64,000 bases of DNA from Harriotta raleighana (lineage: Eukaryota), in contig JBNZDD010013678.1 of assembly GCA_050575255.1 (NCBI GenBank), forward strand, positions 4,048,690-4,112,689. Direction: 5' to 3'. The number at the start of each line of letters is the position of its first letter. Positions within the stretch are counted from its first letter, which is position 1. Below the pieces are notes generated by a model. That model ran no database searches. It saw nothing but the letters and a program-made list of their open reading frames with translations, and had not been told where the DNA came from. This document shows, in pieces, positions 49,155 to 60,604 of this stretch. Both the position numbers and the translations under genes were made by a program.

Positions 49155-49361
49155 AAGTAGAACAAATGTCTTTATGTCTGGACGCGCTCGTTCTCAAGAT
49201 ATAGTGAGATGTCCAGGATAATGCCCCCTATGTTCTCTTCCCAACAGATTTGTAATGATTGTACTTCTAACTAGTTACTAGTTAGTTGTTCTAATAATTA
49301 TCACAGGACATTGTGGAAAATTCCTTGGATGTCTTATTACATAAACTAGAGAAAGCATCAG

Positions 49362-49633
49362 ATAATAATGACGATCCTTGCATTTGACGTAAATGCCTTT
49401 CACCCCTGGAGGAGGTGTCAAAGTGCTTCACAGGATTTTACTGTAAAGTGTCGTGACTGTATGTTGCAGGTGAATTGGGCAGACACTTTGCAAACAGCAT
49501 TGGCTATGGAGTTAATGGTCAATTTTATTTGGGGGATTTTTGTCCAAGACATTGAGAGAAACATCCTTCTCTTCGAATAATGCCATGGGATTGTTAACAT
49601 CCACGTGAACAGGCAGATGGAACTTTAGCTTAA
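49362..49633 (-). mobile_element. Deu-domain SINE 3' part
   Basis: taatgccatgggattgttaacatccacgtgaacaggcagatggaac matches 22518-22565. Confidence 0.75.
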
Positions 49634-50695
49634 TGCAAGCAAAGGGCGTGCAGGCCCCAAGTAATTGCAGTGATAGATTTATTATTATTTTTTCTCATGG
49701 AATTGGCAGTTTCAAGTCCGCACACCAAGACCAAGAAGCCATCAGCCTGTGACTAAAACTGCACAAGTCGTTTTAACAATTTATCATCAAGTCGCTTGGC
49801 TCTCTCGCACATGGAAGCCCTTAATTCAGAATCCTCTGATTACATTTGAAGTTAATTCTTTTTTGTATTAAAATGGTAACTATAAATCAAATTATTTCAC
49901 TAACCTTTGCTCTCGTGCTAAACCTTATCGGGTACTGTTAATATTGAGAATCCCAAATATATTTGGATCTATCTCAACAGATATCACAGGCTAAGCACAA
50001 TCTGTGCATTGTTTTGGTGCAGTTTACTATGAATAATGATTACTCAGAACAGTTTCATCTCACCTGCTGTTAGTCTAACATAGAACTAAGCACCACTTAT
50101 AAATTGTTCGAGGAATTGGGGGGAACAGAGGAAGGGAAGAGGATATGCTCTGAGGTGAAGTTTGCAGAATAAGAAAAAAATGATTTTGTGCAGGGACCAC
50201 AGAGGAAGCAAAGTATCTGAAATAATGTCATGTTCTGTGAGAAATATTAATCCATAAGGATAAGGCTTATATGCAGTCAGCAATTAAATAAAGAAACCTA
50301 ATATTATCATGGCAATTCATACCATCTGGCTCTCTGCCACTCATGACGCCTATACAACCCAACATTTGTGCTCAGTGGTGAGATGTGACCCACTTTGCTC
50401 CACATGTACAAACTCCCTCGATAGCATAATGAGTACCAGTTCCGATGGTCTTCAGATGAGGAACAATCTTATGACTGCCTGAGTGCTTGATGCTATGTGG
50501 TGGTGAGTGCTGTTGGGTGGATACCAGTTACCTTATCTGACACAGGAAATTGGAAGGAGTGTTACCCTCAAATCAATTACATAATGACACTGGGAACAGT
50601 TTATTTACCAAACCTGTCACTCAGAATGTGCAAAATAGTGCTGAGAGCAATGCAACATTTACAAACATAGAAACTTTTTTTGGGGGGTGGGTGGG

Positions 50696-51130
50696 GTGGT
50701 CCTGTAATGTATTGGTTGGAGCACCCCCCTCACAAGTGAGAGGACCTGGGTTCGATTCCCAGGTAGACCAAAACCATAGGTTAGTTTTTGTTTTATTCCA
50801 CCCACCTCTGTTTACCTAGCAGGTAGTAAGAACACGGTTGTTAGTCAGTTGGGGGAATCACATTTCCGGGAGTAAAAATCCCTTTGAAAAAGATTTGGTC
50901 ACTCAATTCAACAACAACAATTTGTATTTATATAGCATCCTTCACACAGCACAGTCTTCCGGAGCACTTCATGACTGTTTGTGAGACACTGGCAGCCATG
51001 GTTCACTGAAAAAATATACAGTCACTACACTTTAGTGTATATCCTGTGAAGCATTTGAGATATCTCAAAGACGCGATAAGGCGCTTTATCAAATGCAAGG
51101 ATTATTATTATTATTATTACTACTATTATT
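50696..51130 (+). mobile_element. Subfamily B SINE with an inverted L2 tail (about 50909-50970) inserted
   Basis: B-box ggttcgattccc, ctctgtttacctagcag segment; the body resumes at atgactgtttgtgagacact; (att)n tail. Confidence 0.82.
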
Positions 51131-52704
51131 TCCTCCATTTAATCCTTTCATGAAATTGAAGGCTATCTCTTAAAATCAAACATAAATCCTAATCTGAAAT
51201 AACAAATGGAAGGAAGGGGGAATTGCATTCTGTTAACCTGAGAAACCATTAATAACATCAGCATTGGCAGAATAAAACTGTGAAGGCACCAATTTCAAAA
51301 TGTAAATGTGATTCAATTTTCCAGGAATCCATTTTATTCCCACGAAGATCTTTCAGTAATTGCTCCTGCTATCATATGCCAAGGGCTATTTACATATGTA
51401 GCAGAAGCAATTAATCTAGGGCATCACATTGGAGGATGCAAAATAAAAGTGAGGAGAATGCTAATTTGATACCAGCGGTAACCTAGAATCTAGACCAGCA
51501 ATATTGCCACTGAAATAGCTATATGGTCCTAGTGAGTCCTATGTACATAGCATACAATGAGAGCGCATACAATCAAAGTTTACCTCAGCAAAAATGAGGA
51601 CCCAGTGGAATTTCTACGGTTACCCTGTATTCCTCCGCTAAACACTTCATTCAGAGGTTCAGCGACATGTAACGCTCTGATCCTAACCCTCGTTAAGACT
51701 CGAAAGCAAACACAATGCTAGCAAGGCATCAAAGGGAATACTATATCAGGAAAATGTTCCTAGGAGCTGCGAGAGACACAGTCGGTGTCTGCTACCCTCC
51801 AGCAGTCTGTTTCCAGCACATGGCTGAGACATGTTTCAGTACTTGGTGCTTGGTGCTTGGTTCCCTGAGTCTGAATTCAGAAAATCAAATGGTTTCCATA
51901 ATCATCATTGTGGGACTTCTCAACAAGATGATAAGACGCTATATCAAATGCAAGGAATATTATTATTTTTATTATTATGATCAGATAAGTAATTGTTTTG
52001 GCCATTTCGCAATATCACCAGCTCTCTAATGTTGCAACAAAATACCTGCCTGGAGCTTTGGAATAAGGTTAAATGTAAGAGCCCATTTTTACCACAGTGA
52101 ATCAACATGGAGCTATGAGATAGAGGCTACATTCATATCTCAGACTCAGTTCATTTGACATATTTAACTGTTTAATATTTAACTTATTTGCCTGTCACTC
52201 CAAAATAACCACAATCTCTTTCAATCATTGAAATATAGTAACATGAAATTTGATAGACAAGCACAGTATTATATTGTACCTGTAAGATTGTAAAACTGAT
52301 CAACATTTTTATTGAGTACTTGAAAAACATTTTTTCCCCTGAGATTGTCACCTAAAGACAAATCTCATCCATCAATGGTTCTAACAGAAATATCAGTTTC
52401 AAAGCATTGGCTTGATCTGAATTCAATAAAATACAGTTGCTGTATGTTTGACCATGGTATATACTGGAGCTCACTGCTTGAATGACTTATTGTGACTGTA
52501 TAAACAGAGAGAGAGAGAGAGAGATCCAAACAAATACACATACAACCTGTCATAAGCTCCACATACAAAGCCAATGATCATGGTTTAAAGTCACACATGC
52601 ACACACTCATGCAAAGCCAATGCACAATGCTGTGTAAGATACAAACAAGTCACTGATACCAATGACCATAAAGATTGAATAGGAGTCCTATAGCTCAGTG
52701 GTTA

Positions 52705-52812
52705 GACATGTAGAGTAAGGAAACTTGCCCAAGGCTTCATCCTGCCTGGAATTGAACCCAGGTCTCCCCCTTGTAAGACGAGTGCTCTAACCACTGAACT
52801 ACAGGTCTCCAT
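52705..52812 (-). mobile_element. SINE 5' head, preceded by a short plus-strand head at 52680-52705
   Basis: gagtaaggaaacttgcccaagg...gagtgctctaaccactgaactacagg. Confidence 0.8.
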
Positions 52813-53004
52813 TGAGCTTCAATAAGCCACCAATTAACAATTGTGGAAGGTGGACCCAGTGGGTTGGAAATCCAATGACAGGATGTTTGATATACATATC
52901 CTGTAATATGCACGTTCTGAGTGTGTCCACACTCACATTAATCTGAACTAATCTGAGCGGGGATATTTATAGATGTGTGAGTGAGGAGTGTTGAAATCCA
53001 GGCA

Positions 53005-53072
53005 ATGTGTATGTGTGTGTATGTGCGAGTGTGTGTGTGCAAGTGAGCGTGCATGCATGTGTGTGTGTGTGC
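53005..53072. repeat. (TG)n-rich microsatellite
   Basis: Read directly. Confidence 0.85.
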
Positions 53073-53867
53073 AGCTGTACCCAGCGGGAGTAGCTAGTGC
53101 CTCAGTTATGTCCTGGCATGAATCAGTTAGAAGAGTGAAGTGGTGTGCTTGCTGAGTCAGTGCTAGCTAGCTGCTCAATCGATCATGTGGGTAAGAGCAG
53201 CAAAGGCAGGTGCAGTCCCTCTCCAAGGGGGAGTAGCAACCTCCCATAGGAATATCCACTGCCAGTAAGGAACAGCTGGCTTCTGGCCCAATAGCCTTCA
53301 GTATTTTCTTCTGGCTCAGACGTTAAGAACACGGCATCCTATACAAAGAGAAAGGAAATGACTATTATTACTATTAATATTTAAGCTGTTGATGTTTAAA
53401 CATTCATGTACTGTACTGTATTAGGATGGGGTGCTGATAAAATTGTGAATGTTAACTCCGATCACAGAGTTGTAAATGTTAGCTCACGATCAGATCCCAG
53501 CTCTAATTGTAGGTGTTCACTGTTCAACCTGCGTTGTGCTGTCGTTTGTTATTGAAAAAATATATAAGTGCACATTGTGAAACATTGACATGCTTGTCAG
53601 AATTGAACGGGCTGGTGTTTAATGCAAACCTTCAAAAGCTGGAAAGTGCTTTGGTTTCTCGATAACCAACAGACACATGTTGTGTATTTTGGAGTAAATA
53701 AGTGATGTTTACAGTATACAGTTCTTAGCTCTGACTCTACTGAGTGGGACACAATGAATACTGCAGTTGACTGTACATAGAGGAAATAGCACTAAGCCTT
53801 TAACCTCTTCTTTTGGGAATGATGTAAACGCAACTGCAGCTGTTAATATGAAAGGCTGGCAAAACTG

Positions 53868-53942
53868 AGTGCTCTGAGACGCCGCCCGGCGTGGAGGACG
53901 CTATATAAATAAATGCAAGTTGTTGTTGTTGTTGTTGTTGTC
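53868..53942 (+). mobile_element. Isolated L2-type tail
   Basis: gtgctctgagacgccgcccggcgtggaggacgctatataaat...gcaag(ttg)n. Confidence 0.7.
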
Positions 53943-53959
53943 GCTGCGTGTCTCGATCT

Positions 53960-54600
53960 GGTAGTTAGGTTTCCACGGTACCAAGATGCAAGATAATGAA
54001 TCAGAGTCAAGGGAAGGAACAGTGATGAACACTGAGGCGAACCGACTTGTAAAGTAACATTGCTCATTGGATACAACCATCGCACAGGCTCAAATTCATA
54101 TCAGGGAAAAACCCAGTTTGAAGCAGGTCTCTCATTATTATCATCTCTGATCAATTTCTGTAAGCAAGGGAGAGAGAGCTGAGGGGCTGGTGTGCACTGT
54201 CTTCCTGTTGTAATCAATACTGCAATCGTTTGAATCCGGCCTAATTTGTTTCACCTTCTGACCCACTATTTTTCAAACTGTTTTGGTCAAAGCCTGCTGT
54301 AAAAATCACATGAAAATCAGGGTGGGGATTGCAGTTTGGGAAGGGGTTGTATTTTAATCTCAGTAAAATAATTGCTTCATATAATATGATTAAACACAAA
54401 AGGGACCATCAGAGGGAAACTGAGAACAAGCCTTGTGGGTATTATTGCTTCTCTGACTTAGCACACTTTAGCACACTGTACCAGGTAGTTTGCAAGTGCA
54501 ATCCTATTAAAATTGCTCGCAATAAAATGAGAGCCTTGCAGACGACTGCTATTTTTACCTTGTGATTTAACACTGATATCCTCAGCGTCATAGCAGAGGA
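53960..54600. promoter_or_regulatory. Putative conserved non-coding element
   Basis: Repeat-free; GCAATAAAA (posterior HOX/CDX-like), TAATCAAT, TGATTAAA and CTTCCTG words; conservation not tested. Confidence 0.35.
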
Positions 54601-55274
54601 AACAGATGTTGGGAATCTCGTCTCCTGTATTCCTGTGAGTGAGAATATTTGTCACACCCATGATCAACCCACCTCTTTGTACTTCCATGCAGAGGGCTGC
54701 AAAGCAAAAAAAAACAAAGTTATTTTTCCTTCCAGGTCCCTATTTCTCATTTCCTCACATTTTCCATTTCCGTACTTTTTCCTTCGGTTACTTCTTTTCT
54801 GATTTATTTTAGTGGCGTGTTTTTTTTACGCCTTGTTACAAACAGCATGTCCAAATAATTCATAAACTGAACAATATAGCTGGTAGAACAATGATTCGTA
54901 CAATGATTCAGAATCGCAGAAATATTATCAACAATACAAATACATTTGAACTGATATGCCCTTCTGGTTTTACGTTTGATTTGGATAAGTGTGCATTTTA
55001 GTACAGAGACTGCATATTTTACATAAAGTGTTAAAAAGCCAATAACAATCGTTGTGGTTTCTGGGCTGACCTTTTCACATGATGCCATCTAGTGATTATT
55101 TTCAGCATTTGCTATAAGTCCTCTCCATTCGGAGATCTTTTATTTCACTGCATTAGCCAACATTTTTGGCCCTTACAATATCGCCACATTATATAGACTC
55201 GTATCATACTACTTGTGCTTTGAGAGGCTGAAAAATAGCAATGCTACATTACTGACAACCTGTATTACTGCATT

Positions 55275-55599
55275 AATAATAATAAACCTTACATTTAATA
55301 CAGTTACTTATCATGTCTTCCAGATGTATCAAAGCACTTCACAGAATATATTGTAAAGCAAATTGATTGTATATTTTGTGGGCAAAACGCAGCAGCCAAT
55401 TGCGCACAACAGAGTCCCATAAACAGTCGTGGATTGAATGACAACGTTTTTTTTAGGGATTATTACCCCCTGAAAAACAATATACCAATCGACTAACACC
55501 CGGGATCCTACTTACTGCTTGGTAAGCATAGCCAGAATCAAACCCTGGTCCATTTGCTTGTGAGGTGAGGGCTCGAACCAATATGCTACAGGACACCAC
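55275..55599 (-). mobile_element. Subfamily B SINE
   Basis: Colinear with 4387-4725, including aaaaacaatataccaatcgactaacacccgggatcctactt. Confidence 0.82.
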
Positions 55600-55958
55600 A
55601 ATTCTAATATTCACCTTAACCCATCAAAATAAAACAAAACACAATATTAAATAAAATAAAACATTTTGAAAGAGTTATCATGCCCTCATGTTCTTCCTCC
55701 AGGTTTATTTTCTTCCTTATTCTCACACTGTCCTTTTTTCTTTTGAAAAGAAATGCTTTATTAGTTGCTGTCAGCAAGCTTGGTTTCATTTGTGCGTTTT
55801 AGGCTGATGTGCAGCTGTTGGCATGAACACTGACAGTAAGACCTAACGACAGATTTACAAACCAATACCAGGTCATCAGTACTCAGGCTGGCTCCCGCCA
55901 GACAAGTTAAATAATATCATCTGTTATTGGCTTTCAGATCGGGGTGGTCCATGCGGTG

Positions 55959-55988
<30 letters not shown>
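55959..55988. repeat. (CT)n microsatellite
   Basis: Read directly. Confidence 0.9.
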
Positions 55989-55989
<1 letters not shown>

Positions 55990-56522
55990 GAAAAGCTTTG
56001 TCACAAAATTATTCTATTCACTGAAACCGAGAGCATATCAGTGATTTTTAACCATTTTGTGAAATGGTCCTGGTCTTTCAAATGGTTGGCAAACAGTGCT
56101 GGTCTTGCGAGCATCGGGTTTAGCTGTTTGACCGATTAAATGGCAGGTCACCAGTTATAATTAAAAAGAGGTGGATGCTAGTCTAGACAGGTACCTTGTG
56201 GGACTTCAGGCTTGACCTTGGCAACTCGAATCTCATATTTCTCAGGTCAGTCCTTTCAGAACAAGGCACTGACCTCTCTGATTAAGATAGGATAGGAGCA
56301 CGTCAAGAAGACTTTGTCTTGTTCGCAGGCTATTGTGATTCATCGGGTCAAAGGATCTCCAACACTGCATGAGTTTGTCCATTGCCGTCGTGTGCTGCTT
56401 ATGCGCTGACTGACACCAGCCAGTGGATAACCTTATAATGGGTATTCTTTCAACTTCCTCCAAATTCATTCACACGTGAAACCTGCCTGTTAAGTGTTTT
56501 TTTGGAGCAAAACATATTCCTA

Positions 56523-56670
56523 TATCATAGAATCTTACGGCACTAAAAGAGGCCATTCGGCCTATTAAATCTGTGCCGGCTCTTTAAAAAGAGCAATTTA
56601 ATCCCACTCCTCAGCTCTCTCCCCATAACCTCACAAACCTGTCCTCCCAAAATAAATGTATACCTCTCTT
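56523..56670 (-). mobile_element. CR1 LINE extreme 3' end
   Basis: atcatagaatcttacggcactaaaagaggccattcggcc...tctgtgccggctc. Confidence 0.75.
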
Positions 56671-56929
56671 TTAAAAGTATATAAAAGTATATAAAGAGCA
56701 ATGGTCAATTTTTTTTTCGAGACTAGTAGAACATTTGACTATTTTCACATTTGAAAATGTCAGTACGTTCTCTCTGTAGCCCACCTGAAATGCCATTGGG
56801 ACTATAACACATTCACTTATCCTTTTAGCCATAGATTCAAAGAGCAGACATCTCGGGGATTGCTTGTGTAGAATCTCAGCAACTGTCATTGAAAGCTCTT
56901 AAGCTCATGCACAGAAGAAACTAATTTAA

Positions 56930-57053
56930 CAAAATCCTTGCATTTGATTTGATATAGCGCTTTTCACATCTTCTAGACGTCTCAAAGCTCTTCACAGAAT
57001 ATACTGCAAAGTGAATTGGCTGTATATTTGTGGGCCAAATGCAACAGCCAATT
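56930..57053 (-). mobile_element. SINE 3' fragment
   Basis: Matches 590-705. Confidence 0.82.
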
Positions 57054-57545
57054 GATCTGTTAGTTTCATGGAGGTTTTTCATGTTATTCATGTTCCGACT
57101 GATACCACATTCTTGGCCTTTTTACATTATTCCACCATATCTTAGGGTTGGCTTTCCTCAGTTTGGCCACTTGCTAAGAACAGAATGTTAAATTATTGTT
57201 TAACCTGTTTACTTTGTTTCTCAGGTAACTGAATAAGGATTTGTTTCCAGACTTTCAGTCCCTCCGTTTTATTTTTATGAACTGTTCAGTGACCCGCGGC
57301 CTTGGAAACACTTGGAAAGTCCTCAGTGAAATAAAGTGTAGAGTTGATCAGACAAATTAGATCATCTTCGAGGGTGGCTGATGTGGGGTACATAATTCAA
57401 GTAGTTGTGGAAGTAGTTCTTATCAGGTAGTAAAACAATAATAATTTGCATTAAACCAATAAAGTAGGATATGGAAATTGGTAGTAAGAAAATTTAGACA
57501 ATGTATACAAAAAAAACCTCAGAGTTACAAAAGTTTGGAATAATA

Positions 57546-57946
57546 CAGTAAAACCTCGTTTATCCGGCACGCTGGGGGGTGGAGTCGACCAATTGACGTT
57601 GCCGGATAAACGAGGGAGAAGTCGCCGAAAACCCGACATAAAAATTTTACTTATTTTAAAGCATACCATGTTAATAATGCACTACATAGTAACAGAATAT
57701 TGTATGTATACTTACCAACAAAGCATTCTAGCAGAGTTGGGGAAAAATCGGTAAAACAGTATTTTTTACCGATTGGTAAAAAAAAAAACAAGTGCGGAAG
57801 TTTACTAAGTGCGCATGTGCACGCATTGCTTGCATGCTCAAAGTGAGCAAACTCGCGATTCTGGAATAGGGAATTGTCCCGGGAGGGGTTCGAGCAAATG
57901 AATTGAGTTACGGTTGATCGAGTCACGGATAAACGAGGTTTTACTG
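57546..57946. mobile_element. pogo/Tigger-type (Tc1-mariner) MITE, 401 bp
   Basis: Perfect 21-bp TIRs CAGTAAAACCTCGTTTATCCG (57546-57566 and 57926-57946), TA on both sides, no transposase ORF, CpG-rich. Confidence 0.93.
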
Positions 57947-58024
57947 TATTACCAAGCAAATTAAATGGGAGGCAAAAGCACTGGGTTTAGTTGCTGTGAT
58001 GGTGGGGTGGAGAAGTTGTAGAGG

Positions 58025-58346
58025 AATAATAATAATAATAATCCTTGCATTCGATATAGCGCTTTCACATCTTGTCGACCTCTCAAAGAGCTTCACAGAA
58101 TATACTGTAAAATGAATTGACTGTATATTTGTGGGCGAAACACGGCAGCTAATTGCGCACAGCAGTGTCCCACAAACAGTCGTGGATTGAAAACTACCAA
58201 TTTTTATTATTATGGTTTTTTTTGGACGCATTATTATTAGGCGTGTGGAGTAAGGAAACTTTCCCAAGGTTTCGCCTTGATCTGCCTGTATTCAAACACG
58301 GGTCTCACACTTGTAAGGCAAGTGCTCTAACCACTGAGCTACAGGA
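58025..58346 (-). mobile_element. Near full-length SINE, subfamily A
   Basis: Closely matches 578-911. Confidence 0.92.
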
Positions 58347-59107
58347 ATGAGCTTTGATGACCTGAATTATTATTCTCATTCCCAATTTTCGAATGTTCTG
58401 CTTACTTAATCATCATTAAACAAAGTGTAGTATACACAGGTGAAGTTTGAACACATTTCACATGCAGGGGATACTGGACATGTCTGTGTGATTCATACTA
58501 GAGAGGTTTAAAATGAAGTCTGTCTGTAACGACCACTTGTGAGCCTCACTTCAGTTGAGCGGGTGGCTGTATGTTTACATCACGAATTGCTGCACTCTTG
58601 AGTTAGACATAGTTACTCACAGGTTAATGTGCTGTTCTAAATTAGTTATTGGATAGTTTTGTTTACTCTCTATTCTCAGACACTGAGAATCACATGGGCC
58701 CTGTTATTGAGGCAGACGTCAAAAGAGCGAAGCTGTGGCTGGATACATAAGAGGTGCCCTGAAGAACATGAGCATTGTGAATGCAGTGACCAGCTATGCC
58801 TGAGCAGATTCTTAAGGTGTTAAACAGACATATCAACATCAACTTTACTTAAGCGTTTGTTTCTAATTCCTCTTCTGGAGACACTGAAATCGTTCACAGC
58901 CTTCTTGGCCTTTCTCCTTCCTACCTTTGCATTGTGACCACTTATAACTACTGATTTTGATCCTACACTGATCCAAAATCCAAGGCCACTGGATAGAAAT
59001 TAGCAACAAGAGTCTTATCCGATTCTTTTCCTTCTCCAACTTCAGCAACTTTAAGAATACTGTGGCTCTCCATTGCACCTGCCTTTCATCCAGAAAATAT
59101 GCATTCG

Positions 59108-59195
59108 ATTCACTTTACAGTATATTTTATGAGACACCTTGAAGATGTGATAAGGGGTGATATCAAATGCAAGGAATATTATTATTGTTGTTATC
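59108..59195 (+). mobile_element. SINE 3' fragment
   Basis: ttcactttacagtatatt...tatcaaatgcaagg. Confidence 0.75.
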
Positions 59196-60021
59196 ATAAA
59201 AACTCCTCACCGTTTAGTATCTTAAATTCTGAGCCTTTCTAACCTTGAATAAATCCCACTACTGTTTTGGTTAGTGATATCGTGTTTTTTTAAAAAGTGC
59301 TAAGTCTTAAAAAAAAATAGAATTACTGTAAAATGATTTTGAAAAATCAATCTTTTCACAATGTACCACCACGAACGACCTCCCAGGGCCAACGCAAAAA
59401 AATGCGAGGGGTGCCACGAGAGTGTAGAGCACTTGGCTCCCTTGCTAAAAGATATAATGAGATAAGTAGTGTCTCACACTGATACAATGGTAAATCACCT
59501 TGTGTACCCCAGCGCAGGTGGTTCTGGACAATTTGTTTTCACCGTACACCATGTTCTATTGTGTATCACCATGTGAAATCAGAGCTTCGTACTGCTGTCT
59601 GATGGACTGTGAATGTTCTTGACACGCCAAGTTGAGTGGCACCAAAGGGTTCATTTACAGTGTGAACCTGAGGCAATGCGATCATTGTCAGCGGCTGAAA
59701 CTCAATGTCACAATGCTGTGGGAATGAGAATAAAACACTGTGGTCTGTCTGCCATTAGACAGAAGCTGGAGTTGCTTTATGTTACTTTAAGGACTTACAA
59801 TGGCAGATATGTACTTAGCATTCCTGGCTTTTAATATATAAATGTTCTCTATTGATCTTTCCTGCAATGTTATGGATTCCTGTAGTGTTATGGATTCAGA
59901 CTTGCTGGAGAGCCATTGAAGTGGGTATAATGCAATACATGAGGTATCTAGTATATATGTTTATACAAAAGTAAGGGAAAATGTACATGCTCCAAGTGGG
60001 AAAAAAAAACACATCCACACA

Positions 60022-60155
60022 TAATAATAATAATCCTTGCATTTGATATAGTGCCTTTCACATCTTATCGACGCCTAAAAGCGCTTCACAGGATATACTA
60101 TAAAGTGAATTGACTGTATATTTGTGGGTGAAACGCAGCAGCCAATTACTCACAG
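60022..60155 (-). mobile_element. SINE 3' fragment
   Basis: Matches 580-712. Confidence 0.85.
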
Positions 60156-60306
60156 ACTTGTCCTATTTACATCCACAATTTACTTTGGTCAGTCAGGTGT
60201 CTGATACATGCCATCATCTTGAGAGTATCCCAACCAGAATGAGAGTTCCTGAAAGTATGTGGGAGGTGGATGGGGGGGCACATCCAGCCACATAGTGGAG
60301 GAAATT

Positions 60307-60604
60307 CAATCAATCAATCAAAATTACATTTATATAGCGCTTTTCATGTCAGGAGGACATCCCAAGGCGCTGTACAGTCAAGCAGGGATCAGAGCAGGGT
60401 GGGAGGGGTCAGGGGAAGGAAAGTAGGAAAAATTGACTGAGTATTTGTGGGCGAAACTTGGCAGCCAAATTACGCACAGCAGTGTCCCACAAACAGTCAT
60501 GGAAGTGGGGTTAGGGGAGAAAGGGGAGAAAGATGGCAAGGGGAGGGGTCGGGGTAGGGGGAAGGAGAACAGGAAAAAATGATTGTACATTTGTGGGCGA
60601 AATT
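60307..60604 (-). mobile_element. Chimeric modular SINE-like element, family C
   Basis: Colinear with 20389-20670; (caat)n end on the + strand. Confidence 0.87.

Noticed and set aside
52878-52905. atgtttgatata resembling miR-190
   Set aside because: The seed region is absent and the hairpin is far too short
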